Shown piece after piece: positions 36,830 through 50,954 of a stretch of DNA of 64,000 bases; within the stretch, counting starts at the first letter, position 1; each line of letters opens with the position of its first letter. The notes below the pieces were generated by a model that was not told where the DNA came from, made no database searches, and was given only the letters and a program-made list of their open reading frames with translations. The stretch covers positions 353,516-417,515 of the forward strand of contig NMRA01000202.1 in the NCBI GenBank assembly GCA_002633005.1, in the 5' to 3' direction. Source of the stretch: Phoronis australis. Its lineage: Eukaryota; Animalia; Phoronida. The translations under genes were made by a program, and so were the position numbers.

Positions 36830-38010
36830 AAACGCCGCGAGCAGACGATTGTCTCAGTAAAAATCACATTCTCGATATGAAGTCGCAATCTCCTGTAAAA
36901 GCCCTCAGTGTACATGTACTATATCCATCCATAACGAAACGTTTTCGTTGGATTTGAATCAGATGGCTGATTTTGTTGGCCGGGGACGTTACTTAGCTTG
37001 ACCTATTTATGATGACCCAGATTAAATTTTCAGCGAGACCCAAAAAATAGCCGCCTAATCCCGCGCGTCGGAGTTTTCATCGGTAAATCTGTTTTTAAGA
37101 GCAGTAAAACTGCTTTTTCAATAAGGACGCCTTGGATTTATGATTAACTAACCCAAATAAATGGGCTCAGTCAAAGTTGACGTTGTACTTGCGAATTTAC
37201 TCCACCAAGAGAATGCTCACCAACCGTGAAATACGGCTCCTACCGTTGTATACGGCTTCTACCGTTGTATACGGATTGGCTCTACCTTTCCGTATTTCAC
37301 AGTAATAACATGACTCACACAACATCCATAGGCCTACTTGGAATACATTATCCCATATATGCGTTAATACCGGTATTCAATATGCCGTGAACTACGCTGT
37401 AAATGCACGAAAGTCAATCCGTGTACACCCGTAGAGGCTGTATACCACGGTTGATATGCAGTCTCTTGGTAGAGTAAATTCGCGTGGACGACGGAAATTA
37501 GATTGGGCTCGTACATTTTGGATTACCTAAAACATTGATCCAAGGCGTCGTTCCTGAAATAGCCGTAGTTTTACTGCTTTAAAAACTATGAACTTTCAGC
37601 AGAGACCAGTGATGTAGTGGTAAAATTAGACGTAAGTAGGCGCCTAAAGCCCATCTTGAGCAGTGAAAGTAACTCACGGTGCGTAGGCGCTACATTCAAA
37701 TGCCAAAAGGTGGTTGGCTGCGCCTACGTGCGCCTACGCCCCACTACAGCACTGGCAGAGACTGACCGAAGAAAATTCCGCAGCACGTCGGTGATCAGGC
37801 GGCTAATTTTAAACTTCGCTGGTTTTAATGTGAGCCATCATAAATAGGTCAATTTGCCTACATCGTCCCCAACGAAATCAGGCTAAAATATTTTTCAAAT
37901 CAAACGAAAACGCTTCACTATGGACATTATGGATGCATACAATTTAATGTACATCTAGGCCATATGTTATTTTTTACTAACACAATCGTCTGCTCTCAAC
38001 ATTCCTCGAC
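36830..38010. mobile_element. ~1.2-kb foldback (long diverged palindrome)
   Basis: Arm pairs GCAGACGATTGT/ACAATCGTCTGC, TTGACCTATTTATGATG/CATCATAAATAGGTCAA, GACGCCTTGGAT/ATCCAAGGCGTC and GCGAATTTACTC/GAGTAAATTCGC are symmetric about ~37340. Confidence 0.8.
37607..37754. mobile_element. hAT-type MITE with 8-bp TSD, nested in the foldback
   Basis: GCAGAGAC|CAGTGATGTAGTGG ... CCACTACAGCACTG|GCAGAGAC. Confidence 0.88.
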
Positions 38011-38089
38011 TCTCCCTCGCGGGCAGATCGGATGACATAAATTTTCGATAGGATACGTCAGTAGTATTCTTATGTATGTGGGATAACCT

Positions 38090-38295
38090 ATACACATACA
38101 CACGCACACACACACACGCCCACACACACATACATAATACATACACACATACATAAATACATACAAAGGTACATACATACATACGTACATACATACATAC
38201 GTACATACATACATACGTACATACATACGGACATAAATACACGCACACGTACGTACATACATACATACATACATACATACATACATACATAAATA
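38090..38295. repeat. (CA)n/(ATAC)n compound microsatellite
   Basis: Directly visible. Confidence 0.95.
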
Positions 38296-38409
38296 GACAA
38301 ATATACTCAATACAACATACTACGAAAGACATACAGATTTTTATAAAAACAAAAAATAAATTATGTAAAAAGCGTTTCCACGTTGGTCCACACTACACAC
38401 GACGGCAGT

Positions 38410-38590
38410 GGAATGAGTCAGCTCTCATGCAGAACGGCGGCCATTTGAGGTGGTGGTGCACCACCACTAGTAAAAATTAAACTAAAAATCATATCAATGT
38501 TGTATCGAATGAACATTATGTGGGCTTAAGATTCGACTGAACTAACTTGCGTCAAAATCCGTTTCATAAAGATTTTAAATAAAAAGAAAT
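38410..38590 (-). repeat. Dispersed repeat, inverted copy of ~16055-16250
   Basis: GGTGGTGCACCACCACCT.AAATGGCCGCCGT...AGCTGACTCAT is shared in opposite orientation. Confidence 0.7.
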
Positions 38591-41500
38591 GGAATGAATT
38601 TCTTTAATAGCTTACATGTACGTTCCAACACATTTGTGCATCTTGTTTATCGGCAGCAGTTCATAAACTAAGCAGATTAAATTACATTACAACGTAAACT
38701 ATATTTGTCTTTGTTTTAGGAATATTCTGAGAACGTGGTTGGTTGATGCCCATATCGCGCATATTTATCTATAATATTCTTATTGGCATTGGCCGATTCG
38801 TCCAACATCTCAGCTAAGGACACACCGTCAGCTAAATCCGATCATGAACAAAGTGGGGGAGATGAGTCTTATTGAACAAAATAATTTATAAAAATGTAAG
38901 CGATTAGCCTATGGTTTATTCATCATATAAGTTCCAATGTTATCTTTACTCGTTCACACTCACAAGATCCACAAACAACTGAATAGCTTGCAAGTCAAAC
39001 TTCAAAGATATGGTTTTAATTTATTTTAAAACTAACTACATAACACGAATTTTAACGTGAATAAGTTTGATCAAAACTTATTCTAAAAACTGACCCTTCA
39101 ACGTAGCATCGTTTCGGTCAAAATAAAGAGGATTCAGTCTGATATTTACAAGTTATATAAGAATCACTGACTCATTCCAACGGGAGCATGAAGTCAATGT
39201 GAATGGTGGAAAGGCTAGCCTCCTCGATGACTGCATGTACATATACCTTGTATCAAATGTTCATTCTCTATTGATTGCGACGTAAGCAAACAGAAGGTCA
39301 ATTCAAGGAGTTAAAATTGATATCAAATCAGAATATCATCATCAAGATAATTTGACATAACATATCTAGCTGCTTTTTTGAAGTTCTTGCTCACTTTTGC
39401 TCGCAAACTAAGCCTATTGTTAATGTGGGTTCCACATAACATTGGCCTAAGTCAGGATCGACATAATGATGCTCTTACATTGTACTAGTTTAATATCGGT
39501 TTCACTGGGCTGGAACAGCTGCAAGTTGTTCGTATTAGAAGACCAAAATCTGCTGCCTTTGTTACTGGTCTCAGGAATATGCCTTTATAATGTGAACTAA
39601 GTACTAAGAAATTAGAGACAACCTCAGTTCCTTCCAAGGAAATTTTCTTTTAATAACATTTCGTTTTCCGACTACAACGTTTTGATGCCATATTTATGAG
39701 GCTGACGTCGCAATAACAAATCGAGATATTTCATTTAAACATTCTGGGTTCCGACACCGACGAAATAAAGCATATCTGATGCCCAGGATAAATTCAAACT
39801 ATAGGTAGGCGTAAAGTGCCGTGTAGGGCTACATGTTCGATCACAATCCAAAATGCCTAACAGTGTTTACACATAAAAATCGTAATTCCCAAACTAAATG
39901 TCCAAATTTCCTTAGATTCTGTTGAATTTCTTCATTTCAGTCCACATCTATCCTGGTGCAGGATAGAGGACCACCGTTGCCTATAAGTTCATGAAGCATG
40001 GACGATGAGGGGTTAAAATTTCTTGGAGCACTAAGCTGTACAAGCTTGGGTGCGCTAATGCCATGGTAATTTTAGCTGATCGCCTTCGACACAAGTTTTG
40101 ATCCCCCTGCCGCCAATTTTTTTCAGTTGGCTGGTGTCCTCGATATGGCAACAAGTTTCGCCCACCTCTTGTTGCCGCAATTTTCAGTTATTAAATTCTC
40201 TCTCCCACACAACAGAGCTAGCACATCACCCGTTCCCCTTGGTCAGCAACCATTACAAGGTTGTACACCTGTGGCAGCGAGACGGGGCCCTTGATTTGTG
40301 CGGGAACAGACCAATAGCTTATTCATCAAACTGTGGTCTTCTGCATTCTGCTTATTGATACACCATTTCTTGTATACTTATTCCGATTTGACGCGATTTC
40401 TTCAAAGATGTATATAAGAATTTGATGATGTACATTATCAGCGATGCAGGTTAAGTTATTGATGCACAAGCTACATGTACAAATGAAGAAATTCTGAAAC
40501 GTCTCTGACACACTGTACAGTGTATGGTCACCTAAGATTTGAAAAGGCCAGTATTTCGAAAAACTACACGAAATTCTAAGAATGAAACGAGCCTTGAATG
40601 TATTCTGCTAAAGAAGCAAAGGAAAACGACAGAAAGAAAATTAGTGTACCATTTTTCGTGAAATCAATTCAGGGCAGTGTGTTTGAGTAAGCCTATTTTC
40701 CAGACCCGTGCGTAATCCTTGGACCTGAAAATGTCAATACAAGTCAAACTTGTCGTCGCTAGTTGCGCTTCAAGAGGTATTTTGCGAAATCATGGTTCTT
40801 GCTCGAAGGACCTGTGCAGTGTACGTGTACATGTAGAAGTATTAGGTTGGCCTATGTCCTTAACAAATATCATCAAACTGTGGTACAGTGTAAGGGATAT
40901 ACAGATTCACCAGTCTGTAGCGCTGACGCAGTACTAGTAGTTCATCTCCACTTTATAAAATTATTTATTAAAATGACAATGCATCCGTTCATTCCCGTTT
41001 TAATTGCAACTCAATTCTAATCCATTTTCATTCCCAAACTGAAACTAAGAAATCAACTCTCAGTCTCCCTTACATTGTACGTCTGCATCTTCATCTTCCA
41101 TCGATCGTTCAAATGGATGTTTTAGGATTTCTGCGGGTCATAATCAACTAAACGCATCCAAACTACCAATATCTCGACGATATTGATGTTATTATTGCCG
41201 TTTTTTGTTCTTGTTAGATATAACGGTATCATCCGTTTTGATATTTAGCAATTGTTTACCACTTACATGTATTGCCTTCATCTTGCTTTGAGACCATCAC
41301 GCAGCAACCAGTAATCTATTGCAGGTTGGTTCAAATGATGACGATGATGATGAGATTAATGAAATATCATTGTTTTGTGAACGCCATTGCGGTCTGTGAG
41401 AGGCTATCCCTGGCTATTTTGATATTACTGATTTTTTCGTTAGAAAATACGCTTTTAATGACAGGAGTTGCTCGATGTTCTGTCAGCTAATACATTTGTG

Positions 41501-44500
41501 AGGTTGCCATTATCAACAATGACTCAATTGTGCGTTCTTTAATAAGCCGTTTAACGCTTTAAAATCCGAAGCATTCGGATCCTGCAGAATCTGTAATCAT
41601 TTTATAATTAAATTTCCTTGTTATAGAAATACTCCATCAGACCTGCTGCACTCAGTGTAAGTTTTAAGATGCAGAATCGTGAGAATTTAATTACTGTTTA
41701 TAGATTTGCGGTAAGTGAAATAACCGCTCGAATACGGTAAAAGATACCCGCCTTCCATTAAGAAGTATATGGTGACTGACCGCGGTTACCATTGTTGTAA
41801 TCATTTGTCCATCCGTCTTCAACTACGCTTTTGAGTTTTGCCGGAATAGATACTAGATGTCGCAAGATAAAAAATAAACAACGAACCGATATAGATTATA
41901 GAAATATGAAAGGAAAAGTATCAGCACGTTTGAAAAAGCTTCTCGCTGCATTTAATAAAAAAGAAAACTGAAATAAGTGTGAGAATGATTGAGAGTTGGT
42001 CTCTGGTTAATGTAGATTGGTAAGCCTGCTATCCCAAAAGCCAATAGGAAACGTCTCTGGATGGGAACTGGCAGCTAGGTATGGCAGAGGTACATGCAAA
42101 CGCCATCCATCTGTCCAGTACATGCTTGAGACTATCATATGGTAGCATTTTCAGCTGCGATGCAAAATAAATCGGTTCAAAATGTTATTTCAATTCACTA
42201 GAAATGAGGGTATGAATGACTCCAAAGCCAAATCGAGGTAGAAAACAAACTAGGAGATCTTCACCCTTCTACAGAACCGAGTACCAAACTGCAGTGGTTC
42301 ACCCACGATGGTGGCAATATGTCTTCTCCAACGTTAGGAAGCTCTATGAGCAGAATCGGGGGGGGGGACTATGTCTGGGGCACCCCCTTCTTTCTGCATC
42401 CATTTTGTTTCTAATTCTGAGCCGCATACAAAATGACATCACACCTTTTTTGTTTTGTTTTGTTTTTGTTTAATTTGAATATTTGTATTTTCAAGCTTAA
42501 TCAAGCTTTATATTTATTGTACTATACGGTGACATAAAGCTGTGTTGTGTGTGGACTTTTGAAAAGAGTCGAAAAAGTAGTGTATGTAGAGAATGCCTTG
42601 GAAACTGCACTCGTTCTGATGTCGTTCTAAACTGATCTCGGGTCGCCTTTCAGCGTTATTGTGCACTTCTCCACACTACCATTCAGTGTTCTGTTCTATG
42701 CTTTATGAACTCAATTGTTCTACTTGTGCGTGAGGGGTATAAAAAATGTATACTTTTGTGATTTTTATGAATATATCCAAAATTTGCATAAATATAAGAC
42801 GGAAGCTAAGTAATAATTTAGAATAGAAAAATGTAACAGCACTTGAGAGATTTTATCGAAGACATTTATATCAAACAAAATTTGATCATGCTATTGATCT
42901 TGTTGTTTTTGTTATGATTGTACCTTTCGTTTTTGCTCTTATACTGAAAACACATGGTCACGTGACCCAAGCAGCTGTAGCTTGGTATATCGTCAGAAAA
43001 AACGTCTACTTTCACTAGGTTATACCCTGTAGTTTGAAGTCCCACATAACCTTTTAAGTTCTAGCATACGACATAGGGCAAATACTTATGTCCAGCTCGA
43101 GCGTGCCCTGCTGCCACAATTCACCTTTCATTTTCCCGTTATATCTGAAATCCTATCAGTTGATTTTGACAAATAACAAGCACCAAGCGTTCGCGGCATT
43201 ATAAGGTACGACAAGACGTGGATCGATTAAATATATTGAAAACATGTTTTAATGGCGACATTTTCGGCAACGACAAACCGTACCGTGTTAGCAGTGCTTA
43301 ACACTGTTTTGATGTCTTGAGTAATCTACATGTAATTCTTTATCTGAAGCATGAACTGCATTTCCACGTGTGACGGTTCCATCGTTTTACGCGTTTTATA
43401 ACTATTCAGATAATTTAGACGATCCGAGCCTTGAGAACTCAACATGTTAACGCAATTTGTCACGCAAAATTGGCAACTTAAGCATATCGCCAGAGTTGTC
43501 TTTGATTGCACTTTACGAACGAAGTTATTACAGCTGCTCTTGGTTTAATGGATAGGATTACTACTCGTTTGTCATACACGTAATGACGATGTATTCATGA
43601 AATGTTCGCATTAAGACATTTGACATGAGTTGTAACTTTTCTGTTTGTATGCAAAGATTCAGTAATACTGTTAATGGAGTAGACAAGCGTACACGAAATG
43701 TTTATTTCAATTTTCAAAGTCAAAGTACTTGTTGCTGCGTCGCTGCAATATTGTTTTTGCAAATTAGTGAAAACATATTTTTTCACAGTCATCGAAAATG
43801 CATTGGGTACTATTCGCTTACAAACGTTCTCAGGATTCTTTTGTTCAAAGCTCACTTTGCTGTCGTATCACTGTATTTTACTGGTTCAAATCAATTCCAT
43901 CGGACTTGCTTGAGTTGTAATTAACCGTTGCCTAGATCATGTTTATTGCAAAATGTCAAACTGTCAAAAGACATGATTTAGGATTAACCATAAGATAACT
44001 CAGGTAATAACACATGGTAGAATGCCACAATTATACCACGTTCGGATGTGGAATCGTCACCTTGACGTTACAATTGGCAGTTTTAATGAAATCTATCAAT
44101 CAGCTGTCTTCCTTCAATTCCTCAGATGGAACTGAAAAAGAAGGGGTGACCACTCATCTCGTTCGATGAGATGTTGACTGTGATGAATCGTGGGAACTCT
44201 GGTCACGTAGGATCTCGAAACTGCCTCTATACTTTCATTACAGTCAACACCCCCTTGAAGGAGACGAGAGGTCTCCGAAACATCTAGGACATCAAAAAAT
44301 AAGGTAGTTTAGCAGACCAATATCACCTTCTTAGATTGTTAGAGCCGGTTACGACAAAACAACCAGTAACTAAATGTTAATCAATCCTAAGGAAATCCGT
44401 GGGCGAAAAATTCATCAGAATACCTACAATGTACTTGGCTCGAACTGGGGTCGAGTGATAGGCGTACGCCGCCATTTTAGATTTGCCGAAGTGAAATTCA

Positions 44501-45296
44501 TAAAGGGACGTGGAATAACTGTGAATGGACGAAGAATATGTGAACTTGCCACAGGCATACAGGGGCGATAGTAGATCCCCATAAAAAGTTACTCATTTCA
44601 ATATGCAGCAAATAAAATCAATTGAAACATGCATATGTGCACATAGAGTTATAATTAGCACATATCCTGTCTCTGGATACAATTTAGTCTACAAATAACT
44701 TGAACATCTCCATGAAAACATCGCGGCACAGTAACCAAAAAGTGGAGTTGGAATTTTTCGCCAAAGTCACCTGAATTCCCCTAGCGACGCTTCATTGAAG
44801 ATATGTTTAGAAGCAGAAAGCATCACTGAAGAAAGTAAGCGCCTTAGTAGGTGATAATTTTAGGTGTACAATGTATTTTTGGCGCGGTGAAAACTTAATC
44901 AGTGAGCGGATTTCGCCTACCGCCCGTTTAAAATACACCGGACGAAATTAGTACAGAACGCGATGGAACGTATTGTAGTGCGAATCTGAATTTCATTTGC
45001 CATAACAGCAATGCTTGTTTGGCATTTTTCACACTAAAAGATTAAAAACTCGAAGTAAACAACAGAATACACTTTGCTACCGCATCGGGCAAATGGCCAA
45101 AGGACAAGGTTTTGCCTCACTTCCGGTGACGTCACAGTTAAGTCTCATAATTTCGCGTTATTGTTTTAAACTCGCAAAGGACTATTGAAAAACAAAGCCG
45201 ACTATTCGACTGGGCTAAGCGTGTTGTACTGGTAGTGATTAACTCTGGTAAATAGTATAAACACAACAACGAACTTGCAATATCAAAATGAGTAAG

Positions 45297-45960
45297 TAAA
45301 AGTGCTATACAGTTACAATATTCTGACAACTAAACTTGCGATTATATTAAAAAGGAATTTAGACACGGAAAACTAATTGCCGGTCGTCTCCGGCGACTTG
45401 TTTGGCGGCTGATGGCCAACAATGAACGACGGAATAACTGGTAGCGAAATAACTTCAGAAAAAATTGGTGTGGTACCAAATGATATAATATGTGTATTAA
45501 CGAATTTAAAGTAAAAGAAAGAATTCCNCTTAAAAACTCCAAAAAATCAAGCAATTCGACTCATTACTTTACCAAAGCATGAAACGAGGAAACGACCGCT
45601 CCGTAAAACCGGAAGTTTTCTATCCTGCGTGTGCAGCGCCCTCTCATCGTTAGTGCTTATATCCCGTGGACCGCGACATGCGCAACGCGCTCTAACGGGA
45701 GTTGGCAGTCCCTATCTATAGTCTATGGTAAAAGTGCTATACAGTTACAATATCCTGACAACTAAACTTGCGATTATATTAAAAAGGAATTTAGACACGG
45801 AAAACTAATTGCCGGTCGTCTCCGGCGACTTGTTTGGCGGCTGATGGCCAACAATGAACGACGGAATAACTGGTAGCGAAATAACTTCAGAAAAAATTGG
45901 TGTGGTACCAAATGATATAATATGTGTATTAACGAATTTAAAGTAAAAGAAAGAATTCCC
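45297..45960. repeat. Near-identical ~232-bp direct duplication flanking an N gap base
   Basis: 45297-45528 is almost identical to 45729-45960. N at 45529. Confidence 0.9.
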
Positions 45961-47265
45961 ATTGAGCTTGAAGCATTCGTCTAAGCTACTACCCGACAGA
46001 GCCCGACCTGCATGGCATGGCTGCGTGGACATCTGTGCTCCGCCCCGCAGAATGAATGCATTAATTAGCTCCGCGGGCCTTGGATAGCTGGTATTCATGT
46101 GATCAAGAGATAAAATCCTGCAATTTGGTACATTTGCCGACATTCAGCTCATGCACTACAGTTCACTACATTCCCTCCCTCCCCGTTTGCGTTTTCAAAC
46201 AACGGAGGTGTCTGTTGAAAGTTTTTGTCACGTTTTGAAATGTGTTTTGTATTATAATTGAAAACTAAAGTCAATTTAGCAAGTGATTACTATCCTGGCG
46301 TAGTGACACAATTCAATTGCCGGGGAAACTTCGCCAGTTGTCGTGTCCGGGCAGCAATAATCAAGCACAGGTGCGCGTTATTGTAATTCAGATGAGGAGC
46401 GCACCGTTTTGAGATAAAATAGGTTTTGTTTGTTGAAATATCGCCGTGTGTGGATGTTTTCTTCTACTTTGCATTTTAGCGCCAGTAAAGCAGATGCCGA
46501 TTTGCTGCCAAGTTACACGGAAATGCGCTCACACGTCCGGGTAGTCACACGGCAATTGCCCGTATTTTGCATCACTTTCACGATATGGCGATAAAGAAAA
46601 GACATTTGGCGATATACAAAGGTTTTTCCTTTAATTTATTACAGTACTGTTGCTGAAATTTGACAGACCCTCCCGATGAGTCAGGGCTGACCTCAGTATT
46701 GTTGGCTGCGGGAGATACAACGTATTCACAAATTTATGTGTTGCATTAAATACCTCTCGCCATATGCAAATCACAGATAAAGTTGGACAATAATTAATCA
46801 AATTTGTATCAAAAGAACCAAAATGAGAATCAAAAACAACTAAACAAAATAACAACGCTTTTACACTAACGGTGACAACATGGCCGTCATTCAGGAATGG
46901 CTCCTTAACTGATGCACGTGCACTCAGGAGGCGAAAATAGAAGGGAATAGTCGATGATTTCTGACCTTGGCCAAGGTACAAAACTGTGCTCAAAAAGTCC
47001 TGGTTTGATAACGAAAAGGAGATAAACATTGTGCCATGTTACATATTACTTACTTTAATATAGTTTTTGAACTAAATTACACATTGAGATAACGATTTTA
47101 AAATAGAATGAGAACTGAAAGCTGTGCACCAGAAAGTGGTTGTTCGTGGACTGGGCTGCATTACTCATTAAGCGGACCGATTAGTCGTTAGCGCCACTTA
47201 GCATCATCGTAATGTATTGAGATGATACTTTTACAGCATCCGATCTTATTGTATGAGGCAGATAC

Positions 47266-47435
47266 CAGGGGCGGATCCAGGATTTTGAGTTAGGTGCGGC
47301 CAGTGAGGGCAGAGTATTAGCTAGGATTTTGCCCGTCAGACATTCGCACTCCGGAACTGTCAATTAATGGAATGTGGGAAAATTTAGGGGTGAGGGTATC
47401 GTTCCCTTGCCCCCCCCCCCCGAAATCCGCCACTG
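47266..47435. mobile_element. MITE with 5-bp TSD GATAC
   Basis: GATAC|CAGGGGCGGATCCAGGATTTT ... AAATCCGCCACTG|GATAC. Confidence 0.85.
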
Positions 47436-47769
47436 GATACAACATTTTATCTTGACGTAACCTTTTCATCTTTAAGAGAGTGTCTCATTCAAGTGTTAAA
47501 GACCTAGTCGCATGTCATTTCAGTGGTTATTAGGATGTCAAAACATGTTCTAACGAAGCTATCAATAACCACATGCTATTGATAAAACTCAGAAACCAAC
47601 CACATTTTGAAATGTCTTTTCAACGTACAAATGCCACATCACTTTCAACCACTCCGAACTCCCAATTAACTGTGGCATGCGTGTCGTTACTTTCACTTGA
47701 TGTGAGGTTAGTTGAGCATGCGCAATGAAGCAACTTAGGCGGTTGAAGCTTTTTTAAAACGGGAGAGTG

Positions 47770-47916
47770 CATGGGCGGTGCACCATAGGGGGCTGAGGGG
47801 GCTATAGCCTCCCCACTTTTTTCAGTGCTATTCCTCCCATGGTCTATGGGCGGTGCACCACGGGGGGGGGGGCTGGGGGATATATCCCCGCTTTTTTCAG
47901 TGTTGCGCCTCCCATG
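47770..47916. mobile_element. Tandem pair of very short TIR elements
   Basis: (C/T)ATGGGCGGTGCACCA...TTTTTTCAGTG...CCTCCCATG occurs twice, head to tail. Confidence 0.6.
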
Positions 47917-48409
47917 GAGTGAGCTGTGGACCTCGAGGCATACTGCCTAGATCAGATGATTCCGTTTATCTATGGTTGTCTTTTCACTAAACGAACATTA
48001 AGGTAATCATCGATGCCTGTAATAATTTAGGTGATGAACGCACCGTTTTGAGGCACAACGTTGCTTTTTGTTAAAGAAATCACCAATTTTAGCGGCTAGC
48101 AAGTCCGGTGCAGATTTGCTGCTTAGTTACTGTTGGAAGGTGAATGCCGCAATTGCCAAATACTTTCCTTTAGTTGCATGATACGGCGATGAAGTAAAGA
48201 GACTTACCGATCTACAGGAGATCAACAGAAGACACAACGTATTTACAACTAGATTAACCCCTTAAGATAAGGTCTTTATTGTATTCACTGAACATATGTC
48301 ACGTCACACTGATTCTTAATAGTATCTGTTGACTGTTTAAATATGGAACTATCAAATTACCACGTGGGCGTCAGTTCTACCGCCGTTACAACTGCCGTTA
48401 AATTCATTG

Positions 48410-49245
48410 CAGCCGTCAACACAATCATCTTCACCGTCATAACGGTCATAACCGTCATCATCCTCATCGTCATCATCACTATCGCCATCACCGTCATCTT
48501 CATCTCCACCATCTTCATCACCACCATCAACATAATCGTGATCATAATCATCATAATAATAATAATCATCATCATCATTGCCACCGCTATCATCATCACC
48601 ATCATCATCAGCAATATCATCGCCATCATCATCATAACTGTCATCAACATCTCCAAAATCGTCACCACCGTCATCATCACGACTGTCATTATCACCAAAA
48701 TCATCACAACAATCATCGTCACCACCACTATAACCACCATCATCACCACTTTCACCACCACCATCATCATCATCATCTGCACCATCATCATCACCACTGT
48801 CATCATCATCGATATCATCATCACTGTCACCATAATAATCATCGTCATCACCAACATAAACACCATCACCACCATTTTCGTTATCTCCATCATCATCACC
48901 ATCATCATCACCATCATCATATACACCATCGTCATCACAATCGTCATCATCATCAATATCATCATCACCATGATCATAATAATGATCATCATCACCACCG
49001 TCACCACCACCAGCATCATCATTGTCATCATCGCTGCCATCAACAACATCGCCATCTCCGCTATCATCATCATCATCTTGTTTGATATCATCGTCGTCAT
49101 CCTTACAATCATCGTCGTCGTCGTCGTAATCATGATCGGCGGATCATTCCATCGCCACCACCACAACCTAGAATATTCATCATCGCCATCACAGCCAATA
49201 CAACTACAGGCGTCATGTATCATCATCGTTATTATCATCAACATC
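48410..49245. repeat. Degenerate (CAT/CAC/CGT)n trinucleotide low-complexity tract
   Basis: About 830 bp of ATC/ACC/GTC triplets, which explains the stop-free ORFs on both strands. Confidence 0.92.
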
Positions 49246-49492
49246 GACTTCGTATGTCTACATTTACTTTATAATAATTGTTTCCAACTGTCTGCATCTT
49301 CAAGGATCACGTCTTTATTTTAATCCGATTGAGGCTTCAGTGCTCTACCCTTCGTTAGGAAGTAATGGTACAGATAAACTTGTTACTTGAAACTGGGCAT
49401 GGCACGTATCAGGATAGACAGGAAATATAAGTAAGCCGGTCAACCTCAAAACATCGAGTCAGAAAATTAATGCATTTGTCATTTTAGTTCAG

Positions 49493-49893
49493 GGCCCGGT
49501 CTCTAATCTTTTTACTCGAAATGAAACTCGAAATTAGGTTTGGCATTTTCTACTCTACTTTTGGGCGAACTCAAGATAATTGTCTATTATTCTATGCTCG
49601 AGTACACAATAACTTACGTAGTTAATTTATTGCCCTTAGTTCACAGTTTGTAAACTAAATATTAAAGCAATAAGTTCGAGTTTGAACTCGAAATTTCGAG
49701 TTTTTACTCGAGTTTGTAGCACAAATATAAGGGTCTTCAAGGGCAAACTTGAACTAGAAACTCCTATGCATAAACTATAATGTATTCGAGCACAGTCTGA
49801 TAACCAATTATCTTAAGTTCGCATTAAAGGAGCAGAGAAATTGCCAAACATAGTTTCGAGTTCGTTTCGAGTACAAAGATTAGAGACCGGGCC
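49493..49893. mobile_element. PIF/Harbinger-like MITE with 3-bp TSD CAG
   Basis: CAG|GGCCCGGTCTCTAATCTTT ... AAAGATTAGAGACCGGGCC|CAG, with long imperfect internal inverted arms. Confidence 0.85.
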
Positions 49894-50954
49894 CAGAATT
49901 GACTCGATATTTTAATTATAAAATAAGATTGACAACAAGGCTGTCCTTAATTAATTCGTAGCCTACTTTGTGTATTCTTGAAATGTCGTTCTTGACAAAG
50001 TTAACGCCATCGGCGCTTTGAAGACTTGAGGAAAAAAGATTTTGTGCGGTTTCGTAAACGCGCCCACCACCAAGATACACCGCACACTAGTTTGCCAATA
50101 TGAATGAAGGAGCCCCAAAAAGATGTGAAATCATGACATGAGGACAGGAAAATGCTCAACAACTTTCTCGCATCTCACTTCCGCTGATTCAAGAATTTTT
50201 TTCCTTACCCGTGAAACAGCATTTTTGCCGTGTGTGAACATGAAACTAGCATTTTCTTGTCCTTAAAAAATTTTCTATTATTTCATTATGCCGCGAGTTT
50301 GAAATTAATCCAAATTCATGAACGGGAACGAAAATAGCCACATTTCTGAGATGCCGGCGACGTGTCAAAACTTTCTGTCCTTAGATGGCGACACTGTATT
50401 TTGTGTGCAAACTAACAACGACACCAACAGAACAAATCCACCACTTTCTTCAATTTTTTTTCAAAATACCACTCCGTCTAACCACCATTGCTATACTATG
50501 GAATGTTGAAAATATTCAGGTAAAAAGCCTGGCGTAGTCAAATGCCCATGCATCGAAGAAAATATGCATTGGTTTTGCTCTGCTAGGTCATGATTCGCAG
50601 GTCAATACGAGACTGGAAAAATCACTTTTGTAGCCATTTTGTAGGGTGGGGATAGATTTCGTCTTGATGCAACCTAGCAATGTTCTTTATAACGGTAAAG
50701 AGTAAATGTTTAAACTTGCACATTGCAATGAAATTTGACCTTTGAACTTGGCTGATTCTGTACATTGGACATGCAACATTTTAAAAATAAAGAAATTGGA
50801 AGATTATCTGAGGTGATACTGCAAATAATATTTCCAAATGTTGCATTAAGTTATAAAAACGCACACAGTTTTTATTTTTCCACTAAAACAAAAATTCAAG
50901 ACAAATTTCTGAATTCACCTGGTGGTCCAGTTTGGAACTACCATTTTAAACATT

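Noticed and set aside
37967-38332. Three overlapping MYVC-repeat ORFs
   Set aside because: They are translations of the (ATAC)n/(CA)n microsatellite.
39400-41500. Patches that look faintly like decayed coding sequence
   Set aside because: No recognisable motif or sustained frame. A translated database search would be needed.
48343-49323. 326-aa Ile/Thr-rich ORF and 295-aa Met-rich antisense ORF
   Set aside because: Both are by-products of a degenerate ATC trinucleotide tract that lacks stops in those frames. No domain or splice context supports them.
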